IMG/VR virus record: IMGVR_UViG_3300044837_000085 | Location: 32,001-96,000 of that record | Length of the DNA: 64,000 bases | Source of the DNA: a virus | Direction: 5' to 3' (one strand) | The notes under the pieces: generated by a model | What the model was told of the DNA's origin: nothing | The model's input: only the letters and a program-made list of their open reading frames with translations | Databases searched by the model: none | Part shown: in pieces, positions 29,469-39,341 of the stretch | Position numbering within the stretch: position 1 is the stretch's first letter | Layout: the number at the start of each line of letters is the position of its first letter | Translations under genes and position numbers: made by a program

Positions 29469-29855
29469 GGTGTCACGCTAGCCCGAATAATCTAACGAGC
29501 GCTCGCGTGATCTGGACAATGAGGAAGTTGCCGAAGCCCCAACCCATCGCCGCGCCGAATAGTGCGATAAAGAATGCGCAGCACGTCTGCCATGTGCATG
29601 TGATTGGCATGGTAGCCTCCTGTTATTGCCACTCATCTTCGGTAAACTTCAATCCTCGGCTCTCGAAAGTTTCAGCCAACATCTTCGCCGTTGCTTGTGC
29701 TGCGGCCAGCCTAGTCTCGGCGGTCGCCACCTCGCTCTTGGCGTTTGCTGCCGCGCCTGTGAAGTTCATGACATCGGCGCGGTATTTGGACACAAGCGCG
29801 TTGAGGTCCATAATTTGGCTTTGTATCGCATCCCATTGATCCTGCGGCGTCGTCA

Positions 29856-30020
29856 TTAAAGTCGTCCGAGCAAAAGCAAGATCAGAACAACCACGAGCAC
29901 CAAACCAATCCCGCCTCCAAGATATGGACCGCCGCCATAAAATGGCCCGCCGCCAATTCCTGAGAATCCGCCGACCAGTAAAATGATGAGAATGATCACG
30001 ACTATCGTTCCAATTGACAT
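29856..30020 (-). CDS. DUF3309-like small membrane protein
   Basis: MSIGTIVVIILIILLVGG...GGGIGLVLVVVLILLLLGRL (absent from the ORF track). Confidence 0.75.
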   Translation of the reverse strand: MSIGTIVVIILIILLVGGFSGIGGGPFYGGGPYLGGGIGLVLVVVLILLLLGRL

Positions 30021-30248
30021 AACGGTCATCCTTTATGTTTCGTGATGCTCTACGGCGACATCGCCGTGATTGGTGGTTGGATTTCCTCAAACGTCACGCG
30101 GTAAAACTTGCCGCGCTTCAACCTGCCGCGACGCGGGTCCAGATTGTTGGTTACAGTTTCGATTTCAAGCTTCAGGAGGCTGACTTCATAGCCACTATCC
30201 ATCAGCACTGCGGCCATGCACTCGGCCTCGAACACAATGGGAGGCACT

Positions 30249-30683
30249 TCAATGCTGCCTCAAGAGCGCTACAGCCAAACTTCCAAACGCTGTCAGTATA
30301 GAGAGGGCTGATCCAATGATAACCGCGAGCAACCAAACGCCTGATGATTTTCCGCCTGTCTCCCAGCGGAATTGCTCCAGCTTGGCTGTTCGGTCTGAAA
30401 GATCGTTCTTGACCTCTTTGAGCTGCGTGGCGAGAAGCGTAGAGGCCGCATCCTGATTGGCGCGGAGAACCTTTGCCAGTTCGAGATCGAACGTTTGTTT
30501 TTGTGCTGCCAGTTCATTGATGCGCCGGGTTTCGGCTTCTCTCAGCTCGTCCTGCCTCCGATCGCTTCTTTCCCTTAAATCGTCCTGTCGCCGGATGGCC
30601 GCTTCAACGAGGTCAAGTACGTTCTTGGTCGGGTCAATGACCGTCTTGTATTGATCTGGCATTCTCGCCCCCGAAAGGGGCAA
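30249..30683 (-). CDS. Coiled-coil protein with C-terminal TM helix
   Basis: Hydrophobic C-terminus; lysis-region position. Confidence 0.6.
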   Translation of the reverse strand: MPLSGARMPDQYKTVIDPTKNVLDLVEAAIRRQDDLRERSDRRQDELREAETRRINELAAQKQTFDLELAKVLRANQDAASTLLATQLKEVKNDLSDRTAKLEQFRWETGGKSSGVWLLAVIIGSALSILTAFGSLAVALLRQH

Positions 30684-30894
30684 AGGCCCCGCTAGTGAAT
30701 GTCACCTTTGTCAATTTCAAAGCCATTGGCGAGCACGACATCGTTTAGACGCATCGAAGACCTGACTAAATCCTGCGTTGCGTTTGCGAGTTTGAGCCTG
30801 GCTTCATGGAGCTTTGTTTCCTGCTCCGTGAAGTCCCTATCATTCTGCCCGTAGTCGTCATAAAGCCTACGAAGCTGACTCAGTATCGCGTTCA

Positions 30895-31176
30895 TCACTT
30901 TGACCTTACTTCTGCGGCCAAACTCTCAAGCGCGCGGGCTGCATTGTTTGCAGCGATGGCGCTGCCGTGGATCGCTTCGCCTATCCTGTCCGCCGCATCT
31001 ATTCTCTCGTCATAGCTTTCGCGAAGCTGGTTCTCCAACATCTGAATGCGGGCATCCTTTTTCTCTTCGCGCTTCTCGGATTTGTAGAGAAAAACCCAAA
31101 GGATCACGGCTATGAGGCCGGGCGGCCCCCATGCCTTAATAAATTCTTGCAGAATGTCCACTTGGCATTTCCTCAT
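30895..31176 (-). CDS. Holin-like single-TM protein
   Basis: WGPPGLIAVILWVFLY followed by a coiled coil. Confidence 0.55.
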   Translation of the reverse strand: MRKCQVDILQEFIKAWGPPGLIAVILWVFLYKSEKREEKKDARIQMLENQLRESYDERIDAADRIGEAIHGSAIAANNAARALESLAAEVRSK

Positions 31177-31298
31177 TCCTAGCTCGTTAACTTCTGTCCG
31201 CTAGGAATCATCCCAGCCGTCGATCGGGATTGCGCCCGGTTGGCGGTCAGGGTCGTCGCTGCGCCTCGAACGCAACGGCGGCCCGCCTCTTAATTCCT

Positions 31299-31901
31299 TT
31301 ATTGCCCGTTACGCAGTCGTGACATCTTGTCCTTGGCGTCCTGCATGTCACGTTCGTTCTGCTTGATGAATGTCTCCAACTGAAGAACGCGGGTCTGCAG
31401 CATTGTGTCGTTTTGATCTTTGGATAGTGCCAGCTTGACCGTGGCGAGTTGCCCCTGCAATGACTGCAACTGCGTGAATGCAAGCTTGGAAGCCATTTCT
31501 GCCGATTCCATCGCGGATGCGTTCTGGCTCTTGGAGATGGTGCCAAGCGTCTTGGTTAGCTCCCCGAGGCTTCCGGTGATTTCTGTTTTGATGTCGTTCT
31601 GATTCTTGACCACTTCCCTTTTGGTGTCGTCGATCTTGACTCCGACCTCCTTCTTCACGCCACTTATCGACTCCTCCAGTGTTCGATCTGTGACCAGGGT
31701 CTTGCCGCCCATACCAACCCAGCCCTGCCACGCGAAGCCGAGTACGGTGACTACCGCGATGATGATCAACGCTCCCTTGTAGTACGGACCCATCTTCTTG
31801 TTGAAGCTGTTGACGAGAACAGGATTGTTTTCGCGCAACTCCCGCTTGGTGACGGGATGAGGTCGAGTTCGACGCCGCACCGTCTTCTTTGGTGCACTCA
31901 C
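31299..31901 (-). CDS. Membrane-anchored coiled-coil protein (possibly spanin-like)
   Basis: One TM helix then a long coiled coil, downstream of endolysin. Confidence 0.5.
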   Translation of the reverse strand: MSAPKKTVRRRTRPHPVTKRELRENNPVLVNSFNKKMGPYYKGALIIIAVVTVLGFAWQGWVGMGGKTLVTDRTLEESISGVKKEVGVKIDDTKREVVKNQNDIKTEITGSLGELTKTLGTISKSQNASAMESAEMASKLAFTQLQSLQGQLATVKLALSKDQNDTMLQTRVLQLETFIKQNERDMQDAKDKMSRLRNGQ

Positions 31902-32416
31902 CTGATAATCTGCACTGGCAATGTCTTTGGCTGGACTGCAAGCGTGGCGGCCATCCGCTGGCTTCCCCTGAGCATCATGCGATCACCGAACCAGAATCCA
32001 ATGATGGCACCGAACATGGCCTGAGTTTCATCCGGCCACAGCACCTTGACGAGTTGTCCAAGGTCGTAGCCGCTGTTCACCGCATAGATGAACATGAACA
32101 CCTCTAGAAGAATCCAGAGATGGAAGAAAACCAGAGTGACATAGGGTCTGACAAATACGGCCAATCCGTCAACAAACTTGTTGCCAGAAGAGCCGCTGCC
32201 AAAACTGTAAATATGGTCTGCCTGTCGAATATCAGCCTGAGCGTTAGCGAGATCAACCTGTAGCGCCACGCCGTCCTTAGTAGCCTGGAGCTGGAGTTCG
32301 GCCATTGCGAGTTGCTGGGCATTGGTCGCCTTCAGGGTGAAGAATTGAATGATCGCCGGGACCATGCCGGCAAGCGCACCTAAAATTGCCGGGAGAGCGG
32401 CGAGAACAGCTATCAT
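31898..32416 (-). CDS. Holin-like protein (3TM type)
   Basis: VRPYVT...IIGFWFGDR motif, multiple TM helices. Confidence 0.7.
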   Translation of the reverse strand: MIAVLAALPAILGALAGMVPAIIQFFTLKATNAQQLAMAELQLQATKDGVALQVDLANAQADIRQADHIYSFGSGSSGNKFVDGLAVFVRPYVTLVFFHLWILLEVFMFIYAVNSGYDLGQLVKVLWPDETQAMFGAIIGFWFGDRMMLRGSQRMAATLAVQPKTLPVQIIR

Positions 32417-32652
32417 GTTTTTTTCGCCATATCTTGAATGGTGGCGTCCTTTGTTGCCGAACCGGATGATGAGCCAACCCAGAAGCTCACGACTTGCCCA
32501 AACGCCGCCCCGAGCGCACCGAGCATAACCAACATGACCTCTGGCGGAGCGTTGCCTTGCGTCTTGGTCGTAATCACGATAACCAGAATTACCATAAATC
32601 CAGTGGTGACGATCACGGAAACCACAACCCTGCCCCAGTCGTTCAGTCCCAC
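32413..32652 (-). CDS. Holin-like 2-TM protein
   Basis: LGAL...VVSFWVGSSSGS motif. Confidence 0.7.
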   Translation of the reverse strand: MGLNDWGRVVVSVIVTTGFMVILVIVITTKTQGNAPPEVMLVMLGALGAAFGQVVSFWVGSSSGSATKDATIQDMAKKT

Positions 32653-32653
32653 G

Positions 32654-33568
32654 CTATTTTGCCTTCGGTTTGAAGAGATCGAGGAATCTACCCCAGAAGG
32701 TTGGCGCCAGATCGGTACGGGCTTTGGTGCCCGGTGGCGGCAGGACGATTTCCGGCGGGACGGGTATCGTTGGGATGGGCTTGCCAGACAATAGCGCGGC
32801 GTCCAATGCGGTAAACGTCGCCGGGCCTACCAGACCATCAACAACAAGGTTTTGACTCATCTGGAACGCGCGCACGGCGTTCCGCGTGGCAGGCCCGACC
32901 GCCCCGTCGACCGCTAGAACCGGATTGGCGCCAAGTTTGTTCAGCGTGGTTTGCAGCCATACACCGTCATGGATGGTGGCAGGGACCGGCGGCAGGATGG
33001 GGCCGGCAACACTGCCGTCCATTTTGATCGAGGCGTCCAGCGCCATCATCGCCAGCAATAGTCCGGCGCATCCCGGCTGCGTGTCGACAGTGCTCGGATC
33101 GTAAACCCCGTCCGCGATGTACTTGCCTGAGACGTACTGATCGGTTTCTGCCCATAGGTACGGCGAGGGCCTACCCTTGTTGGCGTAGCCAACCCCGTTG
33201 TAGAGTTCCAGATTCGTCAGCACCTCGCCCGCGTTCCGCCATTTCTTTCGCGCGAGGTAAGGACCACAGTTCACGAGAGCATCGATCGCGACAGCCTCCC
33301 ATGTGCCTGCGGGGCGGCCTGCAGGAACGTGAATGGAAGGTTGGTTGATCGGGTCGCCCTGAGCCAGCGAACGCGACCAGTTCTGCGACGACTCCCGCTC
33401 ATGGATCACAGCGATGACGAACCATGGGACACCGGTCTTGGCTTCGACCGCCTGATAGCGCGCCTTTGCCGCGACCAGGTTCTTGGAGATTGCGTTGAAA
33501 TTTCGCGTCAGCTTTGCGTTAGGCCAGCGGCTAGCGTTCGCCTGCGTCAGCGCGGCAACATCGACCAT
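32654..33568 (-). CDS. Endolysin: lysozyme-family domain plus peptidoglycan-binding domain
   Basis: IHERES, YNGVGY...SPYLW, GKYIADG; VDGAVGPATRNAVRAFQ...VDGLVGP. Confidence 0.9.
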   Translation of the reverse strand: MVDVAALTQANASRWPNAKLTRNFNAISKNLVAAKARYQAVEAKTGVPWFVIAVIHERESSQNWSRSLAQGDPINQPSIHVPAGRPAGTWEAVAIDALVNCGPYLARKKWRNAGEVLTNLELYNGVGYANKGRPSPYLWAETDQYVSGKYIADGVYDPSTVDTQPGCAGLLLAMMALDASIKMDGSVAGPILPPVPATIHDGVWLQTTLNKLGANPVLAVDGAVGPATRNAVRAFQMSQNLVVDGLVGPATFTALDAALLSGKPIPTIPVPPEIVLPPPGTKARTDLAPTFWGRFLDLFKPKAK

Positions 33569-33577
33569 ATGATTTTC

Positions 33578-34117
33578 CTAGACTTTGTTCTGAGCGAGAA
33601 TTTCGTTCATGGTGAACACCCGCCCGAAAAGCATCACGATGTCGTCGTGACATGCTGCGATCGGAAGCCAGTTGATGTATTCGGAGACGGGAATCAGGTG
33701 ATCGAACTTTTGATCCAGCGCATGCCATTCGTTGGCGAGGTACGCGGCACACCACGCATGCGGAATATGCCCGTCCAGCGCTTCGATTGATTTGATCTGC
33801 CCGACCACCAGACGAACCGGAACGCCAGCCTCCGCGAGCAGCGCGTATTTCAGGATCGCATAGTCTTCGCAATCGCCGTGACCGAGTTGGAGCGTGTCTG
33901 ACGGCCTCTGCCAGACGTCCTGGCCTTCGGGTTCGGCCTGATACTTGATCAGCCGGTTGACAGCGAGATTGAGCGCGGCTGGTGACTTTTGCGAAAGGTC
34001 TTTCGCCGTAACGCCGTCAAGCTTCAACGCGGATTTTACCGTTCCCCATTTGATTCGCATGGGATCATCAGGTCCGGCCGCGAACGACCGATACCCTGCA
34101 AAGCTGAGTTCGGTCAT
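33578..34117 (-). CDS. Transglutaminase-like cysteine peptidase (BTLCP/LapG family)
   Basis: DVWQRP...GDCEDYAILK...HA...LD Cys-His-Asp triad. Confidence 0.88.
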   Translation of the reverse strand: MTELSFAGYRSFAAGPDDPMRIKWGTVKSALKLDGVTAKDLSQKSPAALNLAVNRLIKYQAEPEGQDVWQRPSDTLQLGHGDCEDYAILKYALLAEAGVPVRLVVGQIKSIEALDGHIPHAWCAAYLANEWHALDQKFDHLIPVSEYINWLPIAACHDDIVMLFGRVFTMNEILAQNKV

Positions 34118-34500
34118 TATGGCCCCGGAGCGACTGGAATGTTTTGCGGTGTGGTGGTGATGTCCGCAGCAACGGTATCTGCTGCGACCGTCAGCAAGTC
34201 TGGATCGGCCACGATATCCACCACAAAAACGAGCGGTGCCATCCCTGAGTTCGTCACGGTAACGGTGAGACCCGGTGAGACCTGAACCTTTGGCGTCAGC
34301 ACCAGAGTAAACGTGTTGTTGCTGCCAAGCTGGACGCCCGCAACGAGGCTGGCTGGGTTACTCGATACAGCTTGAGGGCTGGAATTGGCCGGCCAAGGCT
34401 GGGCAACACCTGCGGCGTTCTGCGGCTTGATCGAGAAGGTCCAAACCTTGTCGTTATAAAGCTGGAAGTTCATTTTGGTGGCTCCTTGTGGATTGCGCAA
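34117..34500 (-). CDS. Putative Ig-like virion accessory protein
   Basis: Beta-rich ORF at the end of the tail module. Confidence 0.5.
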   Translation of the reverse strand: MRNPQGATKMNFQLYNDKVWTFSIKPQNAAGVAQPWPANSSPQAVSSNPASLVAGVQLGSNNTFTLVLTPKVQVSPGLTVTVTNSGMAPLVFVVDIVADPDLLTVAADTVAADITTTPQNIPVAPGP

Positions 34501-34717
34501 CTCAAAAAATTTGAGTCACGTCAAGTAGTTAGAATGGTTGATAACAACCGGCTTTACTCTGCGCGGTTGCGTAGGCTAGTATTCCTTTGAAAATGGGGGA
34601 ATCCTTGGCCAATGACAGATAACGACTTTGCAAACCAAGCATTGGTCATCACACTAGCCGCCTTCGTGATAATTTTGATCGCAGCCGGAGCCGTTATATA
34701 TTTCGCCATAGCGTGAG

Positions 34718-35545
34718 TTAGGGAACACCGACCGCAGTCATATAAGTGCGGAGGCGATTGTATAAATTAGTCACATCGGTTGAGTTTAAAGACGACCCCA
34801 TGCTCGCCATCGCGATCTGGTGGGTCGATATGACAAGCGTACTGCTATCATAATGATACTGGGCGCAGACGGGGAAGTTGTGGTTCAGGGGGGCGTGCGA
34901 GTTGTCGGTTGCGGTAAGAACGCTGCTGCCGTTTTTGTAACCCTGAACCGCAGTTGAAGAGGATCGGTTGGCTATGAAATGCCCAACTGGAGAGGCGTTG
35001 GTGACGCCGCTGATCGCTGAACCGTTGATCCGAAAATATGCGTTCCCGTCGTTGTAACGCGGGAATATCTCCGTCTCGCCAAGAAAAGAATCAATGCCCA
35101 TTGGTGAGAGGGCGACGCCACCTATGTCGATCACGCTCCACAGAGAAATATGAGATGAATTTTGCACATAGTTGGGAGAGCCCGCGGTAGAGGGGTTGAA
35201 CCCGCTATCGATGTAGTTCCCCGATACTCCGGTGAACCCACGGTCGGCCGTGAACGTCGGTGCAGTAACCAGGGTCGCATTGTAGCTAGACGAAACCAGA
35301 TTGAGCAGCGCTGTCGTGCTATCCTGCGTCGCATAGACTTGCAGCCAGTCGAACTTGGCGAAAAGAGAATCTGTATCCAGACCGTTGATGAAATCGATAT
35401 ACGCGTTTCTATGCGTCGTATCGAGCCCTGAGGTTCTGGCGAGAAAAGCCGTTGCATTAGGGCCAGGGGCAGCCCCGCCTCCGCCACCTCCGCCGCCACT
35501 AGTAAAAACGCGAGTTCTGGCTATTATCTGAGGACTAAACAGCAC
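34718..35545 (-). CDS. Lectin-like tail accessory protein, paralog of the tail-tip C-terminal domain
   Basis: FLART.GLD.TH...LYNRLRTYMTAVGVP shared with 36431..38509; probable GTG start. Confidence 0.75.
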   Translation of the reverse strand: MLFSPQIIARTRVFTSGGGGGGGGAAPGPNATAFLARTSGLDTTHRNAYIDFINGLDTDSLFAKFDWLQVYATQDSTTALLNLVSSSYNATLVTAPTFTADRGFTGVSGNYIDSGFNPSTAGSPNYVQNSSHISLWSVIDIGGVALSPMGIDSFLGETEIFPRYNDGNAYFRINGSAISGVTNASPVGHFIANRSSSTAVQGYKNGSSVLTATDNSHAPLNHNFPVCAQYHYDSSTLVISTHQIAMASMGSSLNSTDVTNLYNRLRTYMTAVGVP

Positions 35546-36236
35546 GCGCTTGCCAGCCTCTCGCCGTGCCGATGATGGTCGTGGAGTTGGCAGATGGCGT
35601 GAAAGCCTCAACCGCCTGATATTGGATGTATAGTGTTTTTGCGCCGGATGTTGGCTTGGTTGTTATGAACCCGCCCGCCTGCGAATAATTGGTCTCGTTG
35701 AATGACGGGACGAGTCTTCCGACAGCCCCGTCAGAAAAGCCCGTCTCCATGTAGCCCATGAAAGCGCCGATATAGCCGGCCTTCTTTTGCGAATATGCCG
35801 CGTTGTCTCCAGCTCCTACACCCGTTGATGCGGTCGGATCGCTGTTGAACAGATATGCGCGAAGCTTCTTGCCGGCCAACCCCGTGTCAGTCGATGATAT
35901 CAAAATCTCGCTGATGAAAATCGGGTCATCGTTCACATCGGAAATCGTGGCTGACAGCGCTGTGACAGAGCCCGCCGTGGCGTTATCAGAAATCGAATCC
36001 GCCGCAGTATAGGCAGTTGTATTCGCCGGTCTTGTCAGAGTGGAAAACGAGACGGAAAATGCTCGGTTAGAAAGTCCGCTGGTATTACGAATCAAGGCGC
36101 CGGAAGTAGAAACAATAGAACCGCCAGCACCATCACCAAGAACCGTAACCGCAGATACGGCCGACCCGTCATCCCATTCCCGCGCTGTGAATGGCGTGCC
36201 GCTTCCGTCTCTGTAGCTTTTAGTAGTAGCCGCCAT
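35535..36236 (-). CDS. Putative virion structural protein
   Basis: TRPANTTAYTAAD motif; Thr/Ser/Ala-rich. Confidence 0.65.
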   Translation of the reverse strand: MAATTKSYRDGSGTPFTAREWDDGSAVSAVTVLGDGAGGSIVSTSGALIRNTSGLSNRAFSVSFSTLTRPANTTAYTAADSISDNATAGSVTALSATISDVNDDPIFISEILISSTDTGLAGKKLRAYLFNSDPTASTGVGAGDNAAYSQKKAGYIGAFMGYMETGFSDGAVGRLVPSFNETNYSQAGGFITTKPTSGAKTLYIQYQAVEAFTPSANSTTIIGTARGWQARAV

Positions 36237-36430
36237 TACCGCACCCTGTGGTGTTGAATAAAGCCGTTATAGAATTTCGAGAAGTCGTGGCTGTACGTGA
36301 CCGTCGATGGGTCGTAGGCATCCGGGTCCAGCAATGATCCGGGCGTGATAACGACAGGTGTCGTTCCGCTGCTCGCCCCGATATTCCCAGGTTCGAATAC
36401 AGAGTTGATACAGCTATCAAGGATGGGCAT

Positions 36431-38509
36431 TTACGGAACACCGACAGCGGTCATGTAGGCGCGAAGGCGATTGTAGAAATTAGAAACATCCGTGGCGGAC
36501 AAACTGGCCCCCATACTCGCTGCTGCGATCTGGTGTGCAGATGGCGTGGTCGTGCCAGCGAATAAGTGACGCATGGCGCAGATCGGAAAACTATAGTTTT
36601 GGACGGGGGATGAAGTCGCTGACGTGTTGGTCAGTACGTTACTGCCGTTTTTGTAGCCATCAACTCGGCTGCTGCTGCTGCGATTGGCCAGATAAAAACC
36701 GGCAGTGGTTGTGTTAGCAACACCGCTGATCGCGGAACCGTTGATCCTGTAGTATGTATTACCGTCACCATAGAGCGGGTGTATTTCTGTCTCCCCTGCA
36801 AACGAGTCCACACCCATTGGACCGTCAGCGGTGCCGCCAACGTTAGTCACGCCCCACAGCGCGATGTGTGCTGAATCCTGCACGTACTTAGGAGAGCTGG
36901 CGGTGAAGGGGTTGAAGCCGCTATCGATGTAGCCGCCGGGACCCCCGGTCATCCCCCTGTCGGTAACAAAATGTGCGCCAACCGATGTGCCATTGTAACT
37001 AGATGCTGACACCAGATTAAGGACCGCAGCAGTACTGTTCTGCGTTGCAAAGACGTAAAGAAAATCGAACTTGCTAAAAATTCCATCGGATACGAGTCCG
37101 CATATCAGTTCGATGTACGCGTTGGTATGTGTCGCATCCAGGCCAGGAGCACGAGCCAGGAAGGATGTGGCTTCAGAGCAGCCAACCAAGGCTGTCCCGA
37201 GCGAGCACCTGAGAATTGCCCGCCCTACGAACTCAACGACGTTGTTAACGCCGCGGGTGGTCTCGACTATCTTGAAAATCTCGCTGCCAAAATCTCCCCC
37301 AGGATGGATCGAGGCCAAAGCGCCCGGCTCTATCTCAAGCCCATACGCCATCGCGGTGCCGGTTATGGTCTTACGGGCGTTTTCCTCATGATATTTTGTA
37401 AAGGTTACAACTGCCGTCCGCGTGAACGCATCCATAATTGCGGGCAGATACGCTGTGTCCTTTCCAACACTTGTTGTCACTGCAACGGGGTCGCGAGGGC
37501 GCTGCGCTACAGAGGGAACGATGGTGTAGTCGGCCCCGTTATCGATGGTGGAAAGTTCGAGGTCTTTCGCGATCGTGTCGGGACCAGCCCTCGTAACGAC
37601 GACTTGGCCCATCAGTCTCGTTGTATCAAGAACGATGTCCGCCGCTACAACCGCGCCGCGATCAACGACTCTCAGCTTGTCGGTTTGGAGAATGTCCCAA
37701 TTTGGATAGAAGCGACCGAACTGCTGGATGGTTTGCAGGAATTGTGAGTCCTGCGCGAAGATAAGACCGCCGTTTGGAAGACCGTCAGTTATTCCCAATG
37801 TTTCAAATGCGGCGAGGTTGACCCACGGTGACGCTGCCAGTCGCTCAAAGGCTTCACCGTAGTTGGCATCCTCCCCGCTCGTATCGCTAAGGAGAAGTGC
37901 GATGTACGGTATTTTGCCAAACTTGGTATTTGCGATCGGCAGATTCTCCACTGCCAGCAATATCTGCGGACGATAGGCATTTGCCTGCGCGCCAAAGTGC
38001 GAAGTCTCCAGCGCGTCAGCGGCCTGTGTTAGTTTTCCGTCATAGAAACGGCAGGTAAATGGCTCCGTGGTGAATCCCGCCGAAGAGGGCGTTCCTGCAC
38101 CCGTCAGACTCCCGGTCCAGACTACTTCGGAGTCAAGCGCGATCTCTTCCAGAATGCGCGTGCCGCCTGGATCAGCGGGAACACCCGCAGATACGATGAA
38201 TGAAGCGGTTCCGTTATTGAACCATGGGCCAGCGATAATTTCGCAGCCTATGCGGCCACGGCCGAACACAGAGAGCGGTATCGTGTGTCCGTACAGTGAG
38301 TATGAAGTCTCGACCGGATTGACTCCGGTAACTGTGGCGACGGCAGCGGCGGTTGGTGCCTGCGTCACCGTCTGCTGTGCTGCTACCCAACCCCAACTTG
38401 TTATGTTGCCGAGGGCATCATGAAAAATCGTAAAATTCTGAAGCTGGCCGTCCAGAATGCGCGTTTGGCCGCTTGGTCCATAATACGCAGTGCCGGGACC
38501 GGATGCCAC
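36431..38509 (-). CDS. Tail tip/central fibre protein with C-terminal lectin-like domain
   Basis: YGHTIP.. GRGRI, RFYDG...Q, AYRP, FGKIP motifs; follows DUF2163. Confidence 0.8.
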   Translation of the reverse strand: MASGPGTAYYGPSGQTRILDGQLQNFTIFHDALGNITSWGWVAAQQTVTQAPTAAAVATVTGVNPVETSYSLYGHTIPLSVFGRGRIGCEIIAGPWFNNGTASFIVSAGVPADPGGTRILEEIALDSEVVWTGSLTGAGTPSSAGFTTEPFTCRFYDGKLTQAADALETSHFGAQANAYRPQILLAVENLPIANTKFGKIPYIALLLSDTSGEDANYGEAFERLAASPWVNLAAFETLGITDGLPNGGLIFAQDSQFLQTIQQFGRFYPNWDILQTDKLRVVDRGAVVAADIVLDTTRLMGQVVVTRAGPDTIAKDLELSTIDNGADYTIVPSVAQRPRDPVAVTTSVGKDTAYLPAIMDAFTRTAVVTFTKYHEENARKTITGTAMAYGLEIEPGALASIHPGGDFGSEIFKIVETTRGVNNVVEFVGRAILRCSLGTALVGCSEATSFLARAPGLDATHTNAYIELICGLVSDGIFSKFDFLYVFATQNSTAAVLNLVSASSYNGTSVGAHFVTDRGMTGGPGGYIDSGFNPFTASSPKYVQDSAHIALWGVTNVGGTADGPMGVDSFAGETEIHPLYGDGNTYYRINGSAISGVANTTTAGFYLANRSSSSRVDGYKNGSNVLTNTSATSSPVQNYSFPICAMRHLFAGTTTPSAHQIAAASMGASLSATDVSNFYNRLRAYMTAVGVP

Positions 38510-38510
38510 T

Positions 38511-39341
38511 TTAGACCTGCTGCGCCGCAGCGGCAGTGCCGAGAAAATGGTTCTCAGCCTGCATGTTTATCCAGTTCGAAAACTTTCCGCAGCCGCCCAC
38601 CCCATCTGTCTTATCGCAGCCCGGATAGACCGTCAGAACTTGAGCGATCGCCAGAAGGCGATCGATCGGAAGATATGTCGTGAATGTCTGTGTTGACTGG
38701 ACCCAACCAGCGATCTCACGCGCGACGCCATCCGCAGTAACGAATACTCCCTGATTGTAATGTCCGTCCGCCTGCGCAACGCCGCTTACCGTGAACGAAA
38801 AGGCAGTAGGAATCGTTGCTATCGTGACAGACGCGACATACGAAACCTTGTTCACCTGACACAGGGCGGAAAACAAATCCGTCCGGCACATCGGGGAGCG
38901 CGTCTGCGTCATCAAAATTTTTGACGATGCAGACGACCCCTTCACATTAAATGATACTTGATGCTCAATAGGATTGTATGAAATGTCAGAAATAGCGCCC
39001 GTGAACTCTAATCCCTTTCGACTCAGATTTAGCCTATCGACCTTGTAGATTTGAACAGTCGCGCCGTCGAAAAGACCTACGTCCAAATCTTGGCTATCGA
39101 ATGTATATCCGTCTCCATGCACGGCAACAATCTGGCATGACGGCACTTCGCCGTTTGAGGTTTCCTTGACCGCGCTGATCTGTAAACCGGGAATAACCGC
39201 GAACGTGTCTGGTGAGACCACGATTGCAGTATCCGACTCTGCAAAGCGAATAACGACCCCATCCACGCGCGTGATGACGCCGACGCGAGCGGGAAAGCCG
39301 ACGACTGCATCGGTGATGGCAAGCGGCGAAAAGTCTTTCAC
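38511..39341 (-). CDS. DUF2163/BR0599 tail hub protein
   Basis: SPMCRTDLFSALC, PGCDKT...C..FSN. Confidence 0.88.
   Translation of the reverse strand: MKDFSPLAITDAVVGFPARVGVITRVDGVVIRFAESDTAIVVSPDTFAVIPGLQISAVKETSNGEVPSCQIVAVHGDGYTFDSQDLDVGLFDGATVQIYKVDRLNLSRKGLEFTGAISDISYNPIEHQVSFNVKGSSASSKILMTQTRSPMCRTDLFSALCQVNKVSYVASVTIATIPTAFSFTVSGVAQADGHYNQGVFVTADGVAREIAGWVQSTQTFTTYLPIDRLLAIAQVLTVYPGCDKTDGVGGCGKFSNWINMQAENHFLGTAAAAQQV

Noticed and set aside
34718-37170. Diversity-generating retroelement TR/VR pair
   Set aside because: No reverse transcriptase in the window; differences involve all bases and both copies are coding
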